Of a DNA stretch of 64,000 nucleotides, positions 41,037-50,602 are shown piece after piece (position 1 is the first letter of the stretch; each line of letters starts with the position of its first letter). Below the pieces are notes generated by a model. That model had not been told where the DNA came from. It did not search any database and saw nothing but the letters and a program-made list of their open reading frames with translations. The DNA lies in NCBI GenBank assembly GCA_965226795.1, contig CBDDDZ010000004.1, forward strand, positions 576,001-640,000, written 5' to 3'. The translations under genes were made by a program, and so were the position numbers. The stretch is from Candidatus Latescibacterota bacterium (GTDB taxonomy: Bacteria; Latescibacterota; UBA2968; GCA-2709665).

Positions 41037-41802
41037 TTACCGGCCAGCGCCCCCTTTCCGAATTCTTTCCAGCAACGCCCGCCGCATAACGGGCTCCACA
41101 ATACGTGGACACCATCTACCCAGAAAAGCCGCCGCACGATTTTCAAAACCCGGAACAATGAGACGTTTTCTCTTCTCGATGCCTCGAAAGATGGCCTCCG
41201 CCAATTTTTCCGGGGGCATGCGTTTTTCCTCTCGCGAATTGTCCGGGCTGTACCGGCGGGCATGGGCGGTGCGCGTAGGGCCCGAAAAGACCGTCATGAC
41301 ATGCATATCCCATTGAGCAAGTTCGACCGAGAGACTTCGTGAATAGGACGCCAGCACGCTCTTGGTTGCCGCGTACGTCGCGGCCCCCGGATAACTTATG
41401 TAGTGGGAGAGAGGAGACGAAAACGAGGAATCCGCCAGGGACAATGCGGTTGGCCTCCAACAACCTCGCCGTCACCGCCATGGGCGCGTAGAAATTCACT
41501 TTAGTCACACGTTCCTGCGCTTCCAGGCTCACGTCGGAAAACCGTCCCACGGCATTGATGCCCGCGTTGTGGATCAACACGTCAATAGGAACCATTGAAA
41601 CCAATTGATCGTGAGCCCTTGCGATGCCCGCATCGCAGCTCAAGTCCGCAAAGACAAAACGTGCGCCTATTTCCCGCGCAAGATTCGCCCCACCCTTCGC
41701 ATCTATGTCCACGCCGGTCACGGAATACCCCGCACGTACGAATCTTCGGGGCAGCGCCTCGCCAATACCATTCGCCGCACCGGTTATGACCGCGTGTTTC
41801 AC
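41037..41802 (-). pseudogene. Short-chain dehydrogenase, frameshifted
   Basis: TGAANGIG and HNAG in one frame, YAATK in another; shift in a CT tract near 41405-41418. Confidence 0.8.
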
Positions 41803-42542
41803 TGTGCTCTCCATCGCATCAGGGCATCCACAACCCCACCGAAATAACGCCCGCAGAACCGCAACCATTGGTTTCCCAAACCGATTGTCACCACGCGCCT
41901 ACGTCCATCGATCGCACGCACAATCCGCCGGGCGACCCGATCCGCCGGCGGGAATACTCTCGGATTCTCGTCGTCCCACCTTGCCTTTCGATGAATGCCC
42001 GTCTGTGTCCCGCCGGGGTGTATGACCTGGACGTTCGCTTCGCCTTCAACGCGGAGATTGCGTCCGAGAACATCGAGCGCCTCCTTGGTCGCGGCATACA
42101 CGGCATAATCGGGACACGGAAACGCATGAGCGATGGAGCCAATGAACACGTGTTTGCCGCCTGCATTCTTAACGTACGGTACCAACGCGTGCGTCATGCG
42201 CAACGGCGCCAGAAGATTGACGGCTACGATCTCTCGAATGCTGGCGACGTTCTGATTGGCGAGGGAACCGTAGTACCCCGTTGCCGCGTTCTGAATCGCC
42301 AGATCCAGCTTATCTATAGTCCGTGATTCCAAATATGAACCCACTTTGTCCGCGCAATTGTCCTTCATCAGATCGACCCTGCAATAGGTCCCCTCGCTGG
42401 AAAGTTCGCCTTCGAGCGAATCCAGCGCGCGCCTGCCCACCAGCACCAGCCGTTCTTCACGCGCGCGATAAATTTCCGCAAGCGCCCGTCCAATTCCATC
42501 CGTTGCACCTGTGATCAATACGGTCTCTCTTTCCTTTGCCAT
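41799..42542 (-). CDS. Short-chain dehydrogenase/reductase
   Basis: ITGATDGIG, QNAA, YAATK. Confidence 0.85.
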   Translation of the reverse strand: MAKERETVLITGATDGIGRALAEIYRAREERLVLVGRRALDSLEGELSSEGTYCRVDLMKDNCADKVGSYLESRTIDKLDLAIQNAATGYYGSLANQNVASIREIVAVNLLAPLRMTHALVPYVKNAGGKHVFIGSIAHAFPCPDYAVYAATKEALDVLGRNLRVEGEANVQVIHPGGTQTGIHRKARWDDENPRVFPPADRVARRIVRAIDGRRRVVTIGLGNQWLRFCGRYFGGVVDALMRWRAQ

Positions 42543-42817
42543 GACATACATATCCTTCGTCGCATCTGTCCCCGACACCCACGCCGCCCCCACTGGCCAC
42601 TGGGGAGTTCGGGTGGATACGCACAGCACTGTATTGACCGTCCCATCCAGGGCTTGCTCTGCGACGCGTCAGATCCTATCTTTCCTTGAGCCCTTGCTCA
42701 CACAATGCCGGAGGCCAAAGACAATCTTCGCGAGTTGGCCGCCAAGCCCGATACCGTTGACATCTTGTCGGTAGCGGAAGCCGGTATTTTACGGGAGGCG
42801 GCCGGAGAGACGAGACA

Positions 42818-43777
42818 ATGAATGATTCGCAGATGTTGACCGAAGGAGTGTCCGACGAGCGGGCATGGCGGACGAGTAGCATCGATGATTCCGCAGCGTG
42901 GTACTATCCGTTGTCCGAGGATTATCTCTCCAGCTCTGAGCGCATCGTCCGTGATGCGCGAGTTCGTCAATTGCCCATTAGGGAGATTTTCCGCCAGGGC
43001 GTATCGTTCAATTACTCCGGAGAATGCCTTCAACCGGTACGTGACGCCCTCGGATCGGGGCGTGGATTTGCCATCGTCAATCGCGTGCCGATCGAAGGGT
43101 ATGTGATTGAAGAAGCGCTGTCGATGTACTGGATGATTGGCGAGAACCTTGGCACCCCCGTGGAGCAGAATATTGAGGGAACGCTATTGTACGATGTCCG
43201 AGATACGGGCAAGAATGTGGCGCAAGGAGCCAGGTTTTCAGTGACCAATGCGGAGAGCACGTTTCACAACGACAATGCCTTCGGCGAACCGCTGCCCTAC
43301 ATTGTGGGACTGCTCTGCCTGCGCACGGCGAAATCCGGCGGGCAGAGTCAGCTTGTCAGCGGCTACGCTCTCCACAATGAACTCCTCGAAAATCACGCCG
43401 ATGTCCTCGAAATACTCTATCAGCTGTTCCATTTTGATCGTCGAGGACAGTTCAAGGCCGGGGACTCGCCGACGTCTCAATTCCCGATTTTTCAGTGGAG
43501 CCGGGGCGAACTGACGCTCCGATACATGTACTATTACATCCAGGTGGGTCACGAGAGGGCCGGCAAACCGCTAACCGCCGATCAGAGAAGCGCACTGGAA
43601 GTTGTGGAACAGTTGCTTGGCTGCGCGGATTTCAGGGTGGAGTTCAGTCTACAACCCGGACAGATGCTATTTACGAACAACCGCTGGCTACTGCACAATC
43701 GTACCGCATTTGAGGACGATGCCGACCCTGCACGTCGGCGGCATTACGTGCGACTCTGGTTGCGGCACCAAGGCTGA
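42818..43777 (+). CDS. TauD/TfdA-family Fe(II)/2-oxoglutarate dioxygenase
   Basis: FHND (HxD), NNRWLLHNR, RHYVRLWL. Confidence 0.88.
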   Translation: MNDSQMLTEGVSDERAWRTSSIDDSAAWYYPLSEDYLSSSERIVRDARVRQLPIREIFRQGVSFNYSGECLQPVRDALGSGRGFAIVNRVPIEGYVIEEALSMYWMIGENLGTPVEQNIEGTLLYDVRDTGKNVAQGARFSVTNAESTFHNDNAFGEPLPYIVGLLCLRTAKSGGQSQLVSGYALHNELLENHADVLEILYQLFHFDRRGQFKAGDSPTSQFPIFQWSRGELTLRYMYYYIQVGHERAGKPLTADQRSALEVVEQLLGCADFRVEFSLQPGQMLFTNNRWLLHNRTAFEDDADPARRRHYVRLWLRHQG

Positions 43778-44029
43778 AGGATCGAAATCGCAAAAAACGG
43801 TCGCTCGTTTCTGCCGCGAATTCGCTGCTTTCGCAGTGTTCTGTCCCGGAAACAGATCGCCAAGATTCGGCCGACCAGAAGCAGCAAAAACAGTTGTCAG
43901 CTCTCAGCCGTCAGCTTGAATCAAAAACCCGATCAGTTGACGTCAGCGCCGTGAAGAGGCGGGACCAGAACGGGCGCAGTTAGACGGGATGAATCGGCGG
44001 TTGAATGGTAACATATTCACGGGACGGGT

Positions 44030-44485
44030 CTAGTCCACAATCTCGTAAACACCCGAATTGTTCATGTTCTCCCGCGTCTCCACCCGGTAGACCCGGCAAC
44101 GCCCATCCGTCTTCTCACGTATCATCCGATCGGCATAGTCAAACACGTACTTGGAGGAGGCCTCCATCCCCACGTTGGGTATCACACGAAGGTCCACGAT
44201 CCCCCTGCGGTGCATCTCCTCGAACAGCTCCCGCTCCGGGTCGTTTTCGTTGATCAGCATCGTGTGGTCAAACATGTTCTCCAACCAGGCCTTCAGTTCC
44301 TTAAGCTTACCGAAATCCACCACAAAGTGATTCTCATCCAGTACCTCGCACGCAAAATGGAACGTAATGACCCGGTTGTAACCGTGGATAAACCGACAGT
44401 GCCCGTCGTGATGCGCCTGTCGGTGCGAACATGGCAGATTGTGAAATGTCTTGGTGGATGAAAACCGCCCTTTTCCGCTGGCCAT
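44030..44485 (-). CDS. queD: 6-carboxytetrahydropterin synthase
   Basis: CSHRQ..HCRFIHGY, VVDFG, FDH. Confidence 0.85.
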   Translation of the reverse strand: MASGKGRFSSTKTFHNLPCSHRQAHHDGHCRFIHGYNRVITFHFACEVLDENHFVVDFGKLKELKAWLENMFDHTMLINENDPERELFEEMHRRGIVDLRVIPNVGMEASSKYVFDYADRMIREKTDGRCRVYRVETRENMNNSGVYEIVD

Positions 44486-44591
44486 AAACCCGTCTCTCTT
44501 CCGTGTTGATTTCTGACGATCACCATAGAAAATACGAATCTCATCTTCTCTGTCAAGGCTTCTGCACCCGAAATGCACGAGGAGCGCGCCG

Positions 44592-45434
44592 ATGATTATC
44601 GACACCCACACCCATTTCTACGATCCCCAACGCCCTGAAGGGGTACCCTGGCCGCCGCCGGACGACGCCCTGCTCTACCGCCGTGTGTTTCCTGAAGATT
44701 ACAAAGCCGTGGCCGTTCCCGAGGGCGTTACCGGCGCCGTAGTCGTGGAAGCCAGCGAATGGGTTGAAGACAATCGCTGGATCCTCGATCTGGCCGAAAA
44801 AGAGCCCTTCATCGTGGGCTTCGTTGGCAATCTCGACCCGGAATCGGACGCTTTTGAAAGGCATCTTATTGAACTTTCAGAAAACCCCCTTTTCCGCGGC
44901 ATCCGCCTTCACCGGAACGAGATTCAGACCGTCAGCGACTCGCTGTTTTCCAAACTCGACCTGCTCGCGCAGAACGACCTCTCCCTCGACCTCCTCATCG
45001 ACGTCGAGCAGCTTCACTCCGCAGTCCATATTGCTGCCCGGCTACCGGACCTGCGCATCGTGCTCAACCACGTTATCCATGTACCCATTGACGGCAAGAC
45101 GCCCAACCCCGAATGGATCGACGGCCTGCACAATGCCGCACAGTACCCGGGCATCTACTGCAAGATCTCCGGCCTCGTCGAAACCGCCCGGGAGAGACCG
45201 GCGCCTCCTGACTTGATCTACTACGCGCCAACTCTGGACCACCTCTGTGAAATCCTTGGCGTGGACCGCCTCATCTACGCCAGCAACTGGCCCGTGTGCG
45301 AACACGGCGCCGACTATGCCACGGTACAGCGCATCCCCATGGAATACTTCAAGGCCATTGGAGAAGATGCGGTCGAGAAGGTATTCTGGAAGAACGCAAT
45401 GGCTGCCTACAAGTGGTCCGCGCGCGCGCATTAA
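44592..45434 (+). CDS. Amidohydrolase_2 family protein (L-fuconolactonase-like)
   Basis: IDTHTH, FRGIR, LNH, KISGL, ASNWPV. Confidence 0.85.
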   Translation: MIIDTHTHFYDPQRPEGVPWPPPDDALLYRRVFPEDYKAVAVPEGVTGAVVVEASEWVEDNRWILDLAEKEPFIVGFVGNLDPESDAFERHLIELSENPLFRGIRLHRNEIQTVSDSLFSKLDLLAQNDLSLDLLIDVEQLHSAVHIAARLPDLRIVLNHVIHVPIDGKTPNPEWIDGLHNAAQYPGIYCKISGLVETARERPAPPDLIYYAPTLDHLCEILGVDRLIYASNWPVCEHGADYATVQRIPMEYFKAIGEDAVEKVFWKNAMAAYKWSARAH

Positions 45435-45535
45435 CGATCCTCGAGGCGTTGGAAACGCGCCACCCGGACGATCCCACCGGGTGCGGAACCGGCGTCCGGG
45501 GACCGTTTCGCATCCCGCCAGATCGCGGGCAATCG

Positions 45536-45892
45536 TTATCTTTGCGGGGTGAGCATGGGCCCGAGGGGCCGGCCGCCGATCAGATGCATATGCAGGTGGT
45601 AGACCTCCTGACCACCATGGTCCCGGCAATTCACGATCAACCGGTACCCGTCCTCGGCAAGGCCTTCCTCCTTCGCAAGCCGGGCAGCCACCGTAAACAA
45701 CCGGCCGAGCGCGGCCTCATCCTCTGACGATACATCGCTGACAGTTGGAATCACGTTATTTGGAACGATCAGAATATGAGTCGGCGCCTGTGGATTGATA
45801 TCTCGAAACGCCGTCACCAGTTCATCCTGGTACGTTATTTCCGATGGTATCTCCTTCCGGATTATCTTGCTGAAGATCGTTTCTTCCGCCAT
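45536..45892 (-). CDS. hinT: HIT-family purine nucleoside phosphoramidase
   Basis: [25 protein letters not shown]. Confidence 0.93.
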   Translation of the reverse strand: MAEETIFSKIIRKEIPSEITYQDELVTAFRDINPQAPTHILIVPNNVIPTVSDVSSEDEAALGRLFTVAARLAKEEGLAEDGYRLIVNCRDHGGQEVYHLHMHLIGGRPLGPMLTPQR

Positions 45893-46003
45893 GGATTCTC
45901 CTTTCCGTAACCAGCCCTTTTTGCTATCTTCTCGCAGCCGGCATCGGCCGGTATCAAAAAAACATCTCGTTATTCGAAAATCAAGCCAATCCTGATCCTG
46001 GCC

Positions 46004-46285
46004 GTGGGAGACCGCCGGAACATGCTTCGCTCCATCGACCGCCTTCTGGCCGCTATACCGATTGTCATTTTACGGATTTACCGGTTGCTGATTTCTCCTT
46101 TTTTTCATGTCGTTTTCGGCCCCGGCAGCGGGTGCAGGTTCCACCCCAGTTGCTCCCGGTACGCCCGTGATTGCTTTCGTCAACATCCCTTTCCGGTCGC
46201 TCTCTATCTATCGGTCTCGCGAATTCTAAAATGTCATCCCTACCATTCCGGCGGATATGACCCCGTCCCGCCGCGATGTTCTTAG
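46004..46285 (+). CDS. yidD: Membrane protein insertion efficiency factor
   Basis: [25 protein letters not shown]; start may be ATG 46022. Confidence 0.88.
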   Translation: MGDRRNMLRSIDRLLAAIPIVILRIYRLLISPFFHVVFGPGSGCRFHPSCSRYARDCFRQHPFPVALYLSVSRILKCHPYHSGGYDPVPPRCS

Positions 46286-47082
46286 CCCAGACTCCCATGT
46301 TCGGAATCGCCCAGATCCATTGGAGTGCCGACCCCGAGATTTTCCGCATCGGCCCTGTCGTCCTGCGCTGGTACAGCCTGTGCTTTCTGGTCAGCTTCAC
46401 CCTCGGCTACTTCATTATGCGCCGTATGTTCGGGTTCGAGGGAAAATCGACAAAGGACCTGGACAGCCTGGTAAACCACATGGTGCTGGGTACCCTCATC
46501 GGCGCGCGCCTGGGACACTGTCTGTTTTACGACCCCGCATTCTACCTCACGAACCCGATCGAAATCTTCAAAATCTGGCGAGGCGGCCTTGCCAGCCACG
46601 GCGCAGCCATCGGTGTCTTCACCGCCCTATATCTGTACGCCCGAAACCGGCCGGATCAATCCTATCTCTGGATTCTCGACCGTGTTGTCGTTACGGTTGC
46701 CCTCGGCGGATGTTTCATCCGCATTGGAAACCTGTTCAACTCAGAAATCTATGGCACCCCGAGCGACCTGCCCTGGGCCATTGTTTTTTCAAGCGTAGAT
46801 GCGGTCCCGAGGCATCCGGCGCAACTCTACGAATCCCTCGCCTACGGGCTTATTTTCCTCCTCCTGTATGCCGTCTATGCAAGACGACGCGCCCAGACTC
46901 CCTCCGGACTGCTTCTCGGCATGTTCCTCGTTTCCGTGTTCTCATTCCGGGTAATCGTCGAATTCGTCAAGGTCCGCCAAGCCGCTTACGGCCACAGCTT
47001 CCCCCTCAGCGTGGGGCAATGGCTCAGTATTCCCCTCATCGTCCTTGGCATCGTCCTGCTCGTAAACGCATCGAGAAAATGA
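46276..47082 (+). CDS. lgt: Prolipoprotein diacylglyceryl transferase
   Basis: GARLGH, GGLASHG, RIGNLFNSEIYG, HPAQLYE. Confidence 0.93.
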   Translation: MFLAQTPMFGIAQIHWSADPEIFRIGPVVLRWYSLCFLVSFTLGYFIMRRMFGFEGKSTKDLDSLVNHMVLGTLIGARLGHCLFYDPAFYLTNPIEIFKIWRGGLASHGAAIGVFTALYLYARNRPDQSYLWILDRVVVTVALGGCFIRIGNLFNSEIYGTPSDLPWAIVFSSVDAVPRHPAQLYESLAYGLIFLLLYAVYARRRAQTPSGLLLGMFLVSVFSFRVIVEFVKVRQAAYGHSFPLSVGQWLSIPLIVLGIVLLVNASRK

Positions 47083-47094
47083 GGGCTCGACAGC

Positions 47095-47426
47095 ACCCAT
47101 TCGAGGTCGTCTCCAAACGCTACGAGAAGGGCAAACCCATTATCCACACCTCCAACTAATCCTATACCGCCTGGGGCGACTTCTTCCCCGATCCCGTCCT
47201 GGCCACCGCCCCTCTTTGATCGACTCCTCCATCACGCCACCACCATCTCCATCCACGGCGACAGCTACCGCCTGCTACATCGCAGAAACGCAGGACTGTC
47301 AACACATACTCATCAACACACTTAAAAAAGGGAACTTCTCATGCCGCCCTGATCAACCCATAACCCCGTCTATATGTGTCCAATTCTATACCGGCGTATC
47401 TGTCAAAATCGAAAACGGTGTTGACA
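47095..47426 (+). mobile_element. istB: IS21-family remnant: istB 3' pseudogene and right end
   Basis: FEVVSKRYE..TSN*..WGDFFPDPVLATA / DRLLHH..IHGDSYRL with stop and frameshift; ends ...GGTGTTGACA. Confidence 0.8.
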
Positions 47427-47470
47427 ACAAACACACCTGTCCCCAATATACCACGGAAAGGTGGAATCCC

Positions 47471-48226
47471 ATGAACTCGTATACGGCCATTGCCGGAACG
47501 CTGCAGAAATCCCTGAACCTTGTCCTGCCTCCCATTGCCGTCTGCATCTCGGACGAAGTGCCCGAGGGCATACCAGATTACGATGGTCGAGCGCCGGCCG
47601 GCTGTCTGTTCTGGCAGGAGGCTGAGAACGGACCCTTTGCCACCCAGACCTCCCACCACGAACTGTGCGCCATCGGCGTCCACACACACCATATGGCCAG
47701 CCCTCCGGCCTCGTACGAAGCCGAACTGGGCGACGTCCTGAAGACTATGGCCGACATGGACTACGTTCGCGAGCAGGACGTAATGGAGATCCCGGTGCTG
47801 GAGAGGGAAACAAAGCACGTGATTTACGCCCCGCTGGACAAAACTCCGCTTGAACCGGCCGTGGTCCTGCTATTCGCGCATTCACGGCAAAGCCTGATAA
47901 TTACCGAAGCCGTCCAGCAGGTCGACCCGGCCGTGCCGCCCGCAATGGGCAGGCCCGCCTGCGCCGTGGTTCCCCAGGCCGTCAGAACAGGACGGGCCGC
48001 CCTCAGCCTGGGATGTTGCGGCGCGCGGGCATACCTGGATACGCTCACGGACGACGTCGCCATATGGGCGCTGCCCGGCGACAAGGTGAACGCGTATGCA
48101 ACACGCATCGAAATTCTTGCCAGGGCCAACTCGGTCCTGGGTGAATTTCATTCCCTGCGTCGAAGAGATGTCGAAGCCGGACTTGAACCCACCGTTGCTG
48201 AGTCTCTTTCAAGGCTGGGAAACTGA
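47471..48226 (+). CDS. DUF169 family protein
   Basis: AGCLFW, HELCAIG, GRPACAVVP, SLGCCGAR. Confidence 0.75.
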   Translation: MNSYTAIAGTLQKSLNLVLPPIAVCISDEVPEGIPDYDGRAPAGCLFWQEAENGPFATQTSHHELCAIGVHTHHMASPPASYEAELGDVLKTMADMDYVREQDVMEIPVLERETKHVIYAPLDKTPLEPAVVLLFAHSRQSLIITEAVQQVDPAVPPAMGRPACAVVPQAVRTGRAALSLGCCGARAYLDTLTDDVAIWALPGDKVNAYATRIEILARANSVLGEFHSLRRRDVEAGLEPTVAESLSRLGN

Positions 48227-48286
48227 CCCCACACCATCGGATTGAAGGTGCGCGCCCCGACCGGACACCGGACGCCCATCTTTCGC

Positions 48287-48314
48287 TTGAAACAGCACCA
48301 ATCCATGGTATATT
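48287..48314 (+). promoter_or_regulatory. Putative sigma70 promoter
   Basis: TTGAAA-16 nt-TATATT with extended TG. Confidence 0.45.
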
Positions 48315-48365
48315 GTGAAAAAATCGTCGCCCGTAGATTCACTTCCTCATCAGATGGAAACTTCG

Positions 48366-49088
48366 ATGCGTTCCACTTCGAAAGAAGAAACCCTGGACCT
48401 GCGTGAAAAAGGCAAACCGATCAATGGACAGGTTCAGGCCAGCAACCGACGGCTGTATATGCAGTTGCACGTCTTTGGAAACTGCACGCGCACGGACGTT
48501 GTGGCCGGCGCACTCCGCGACTCCGGTGTCGATGCCGTCCTGTACGTCGACCTGAACGATCCATACGGCGTTGCCTTTCTCGCCATATCCGAATCTCCGG
48601 ACACCTTCGTGGGGGAAATCCGCACATTGCTTAACAGCCAGCCCTTCACTGAGCTTCGACGCAATCCCGACCTCACCATGATCGGACGAACCTACGCCCA
48701 CGGGTACGAACCCGATCTTGAAGAAACGCTGTTACACAAACCACGCCGTAAGGTCCTCAACCCGGACTGGCCATGGGCCGTCTGGTATCCTCTGCGACGC
48801 AAGCCCGAATTCGGACTGTTATCGGGTGACGATCTTCGCGGAATTCTGGGCGAACACGCCAGAATCGGGCGCGCCTATGCCGAGGCCGGTTTTGCCCAGG
48901 ACATCCGTCTGGCCTGCTATGGCATGGACCGCAACGACAACGACTTCGTCATCGGCCTGCTGGGGCCCGAGTTGCATCCGCTCTCACACGTCGTCCAGGA
49001 AATGCGGAAGACCCGGCAGACCGCGCAATACGTGCAATCCCTCGGGCCGTTTTTCGTTGGTAAAGCCATCTGGCAGACTCCTTTCTGA
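48366..49088 (+). CDS. Chlorite dismutase family protein, probable coproheme decarboxylase (ChdC/HemQ)
   Basis: WYPLRR, EHARIG, DIRLACYGMD..DFVIG, VQEMR, GPFFVG; start uncertain (48315-48366). Confidence 0.75.
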   Translation: MRSTSKEETLDLREKGKPINGQVQASNRRLYMQLHVFGNCTRTDVVAGALRDSGVDAVLYVDLNDPYGVAFLAISESPDTFVGEIRTLLNSQPFTELRRNPDLTMIGRTYAHGYEPDLEETLLHKPRRKVLNPDWPWAVWYPLRRKPEFGLLSGDDLRGILGEHARIGRAYAEAGFAQDIRLACYGMDRNDNDFVIGLLGPELHPLSHVVQEMRKTRQTAQYVQSLGPFFVGKAIWQTPF

Positions 49089-49136
49089 CACCGGCGAAAA
49101 AGGACAACGAGGTCGCTTCACCCACGGCGCGTCGAA

Positions 49137-50390
49137 ATGATCCTAAAAATCGAAGCCCTGCGCTACCGCTGTCTGCGTTTCATCAGCCGACCGCTTGATG
49201 CGTTCCACATTCTGGTTGGGCCGAACGCCAGCGGGAAAACCACCCTGCTGGATGCCATCGCCTTCCTCTGTGACCTCGTTTCGGTCGGCCTGGAGGAGGC
49301 CGTCGAAAAACGCACGGCCGACCTGCGCGATCTGGTCTGGCGCCGGACGTTCGACCCGTTCGAACTGGCCATCGAGCTGAGTATACCTGCTCAGAAAGCC
49401 GACCTTTTCGAAAACCGGCAATACAATCGATGCCGTTACGAAATCGCCATTGGGCCAACAGCCGAAACCGGTGAGACCGCTATTCTCGCCGAACGTGTTC
49501 TGCTTCTCCCCAACGCACCCCAGGAAGACGAGGAGTGCGAACAGCAGACGCTTTTCCCCATCGACCGCCCGATGCCCGGCACGCTTGCCCTGCCCCGCCT
49601 CAGAGGCGCCAGAACCATCGCACACAAGGTTCACGGCAGCAACGACAACTTCTACTACGAAACCGGCACCGGATGGGACCACTCTTTCAAGCTGGGTCCA
49701 AGACGGTCCGCTCTTGCCAATTTGCCCGAAGACGAAACCCGATATCCCGTTGCCACCTGGCTGAAGGGCGTACTCAACGACGGAATCCAGCGTCTGGTTC
49801 TAAACAGCGCCAGCCTGCGCTGTCCCAGCCCGCCCGGCCGACCCACCGGATTCAAGCCCGACGGTTCCAATCTGCCCTGGGTCATCTCCGCCATGCAAAC
49901 CAGCGCACCCGACCGATTCACGGCCTGGATCCGTTGCCTGCAATCCGTCCTTCCCGACCTGAGAACCATTCGCACATTGGAACGTCCTGAGGATCGTCAC
50001 TGTTATCTGGTCTTCCAGGATCGAAACGGCCTCGAAGCGCCATCCTGGACGATTTCAGACGGCACCCTTCGCCTTCTGGCCCTTACACTCCCGGCCTACC
50101 TGCCGGACTTTGGCGGCACCTATCTCGTTGAAGAACCCGAAAACGGGATACATCCACGGGCCGTCGAAACGGTTTTTCGAGCGCTCTCATCCATAGAAAA
50201 CGTCCAGGTCCTCTTAGCCACGCACTCTCCCGTCATTGTGGGCCTGGCGGAAGGCAGTCAGGTCATCTGTTTCTCCAAGACCGAAACCGGTGCCACCGAT
50301 ATGGTCCTCAGCACCGAAAATCCCGCGCTTCGCGAATGGCAGGGCGCAACCGATCTGGGTTCCCTGTTTGCCGACGGTGTGTTGGGATAG
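49137..50390 (+). CDS. AAA_21/ABC-type ATPase resembling the MADS defence ATPase Mad3
   Basis: GPNASGKTT, SDGTLR, EEPENGIHP, ATHSP, DGSNLPWV. Confidence 0.75.
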   Translation: MILKIEALRYRCLRFISRPLDAFHILVGPNASGKTTLLDAIAFLCDLVSVGLEEAVEKRTADLRDLVWRRTFDPFELAIELSIPAQKADLFENRQYNRCRYEIAIGPTAETGETAILAERVLLLPNAPQEDEECEQQTLFPIDRPMPGTLALPRLRGARTIAHKVHGSNDNFYYETGTGWDHSFKLGPRRSALANLPEDETRYPVATWLKGVLNDGIQRLVLNSASLRCPSPPGRPTGFKPDGSNLPWVISAMQTSAPDRFTAWIRCLQSVLPDLRTIRTLERPEDRHCYLVFQDRNGLEAPSWTISDGTLRLLALTLPAYLPDFGGTYLVEEPENGIHPRAVETVFRALSSIENVQVLLATHSPVIVGLAEGSQVICFSKTETGATDMVLSTENPALREWQGATDLGSLFADGVLG

Positions 50391-50602
50391 AACCGTGAGC
50401 ACTGGAAACGAAGTTGCGTTACGTGAGATTTCCTGGAACCCTGAGAACAAGAATCGGCCGGCGTAACCGCCGACGCAGCACGGAAGACCGCGGGATGACC
50501 CACCGATGACCCGACCGCCCGGGCAGTTAACCTTCATCGCCCGGGCTATTGTCTGCCGGGCACATTCATGTTGATTTTTGTAGACATTCGAGGACAAACG
50601 CC

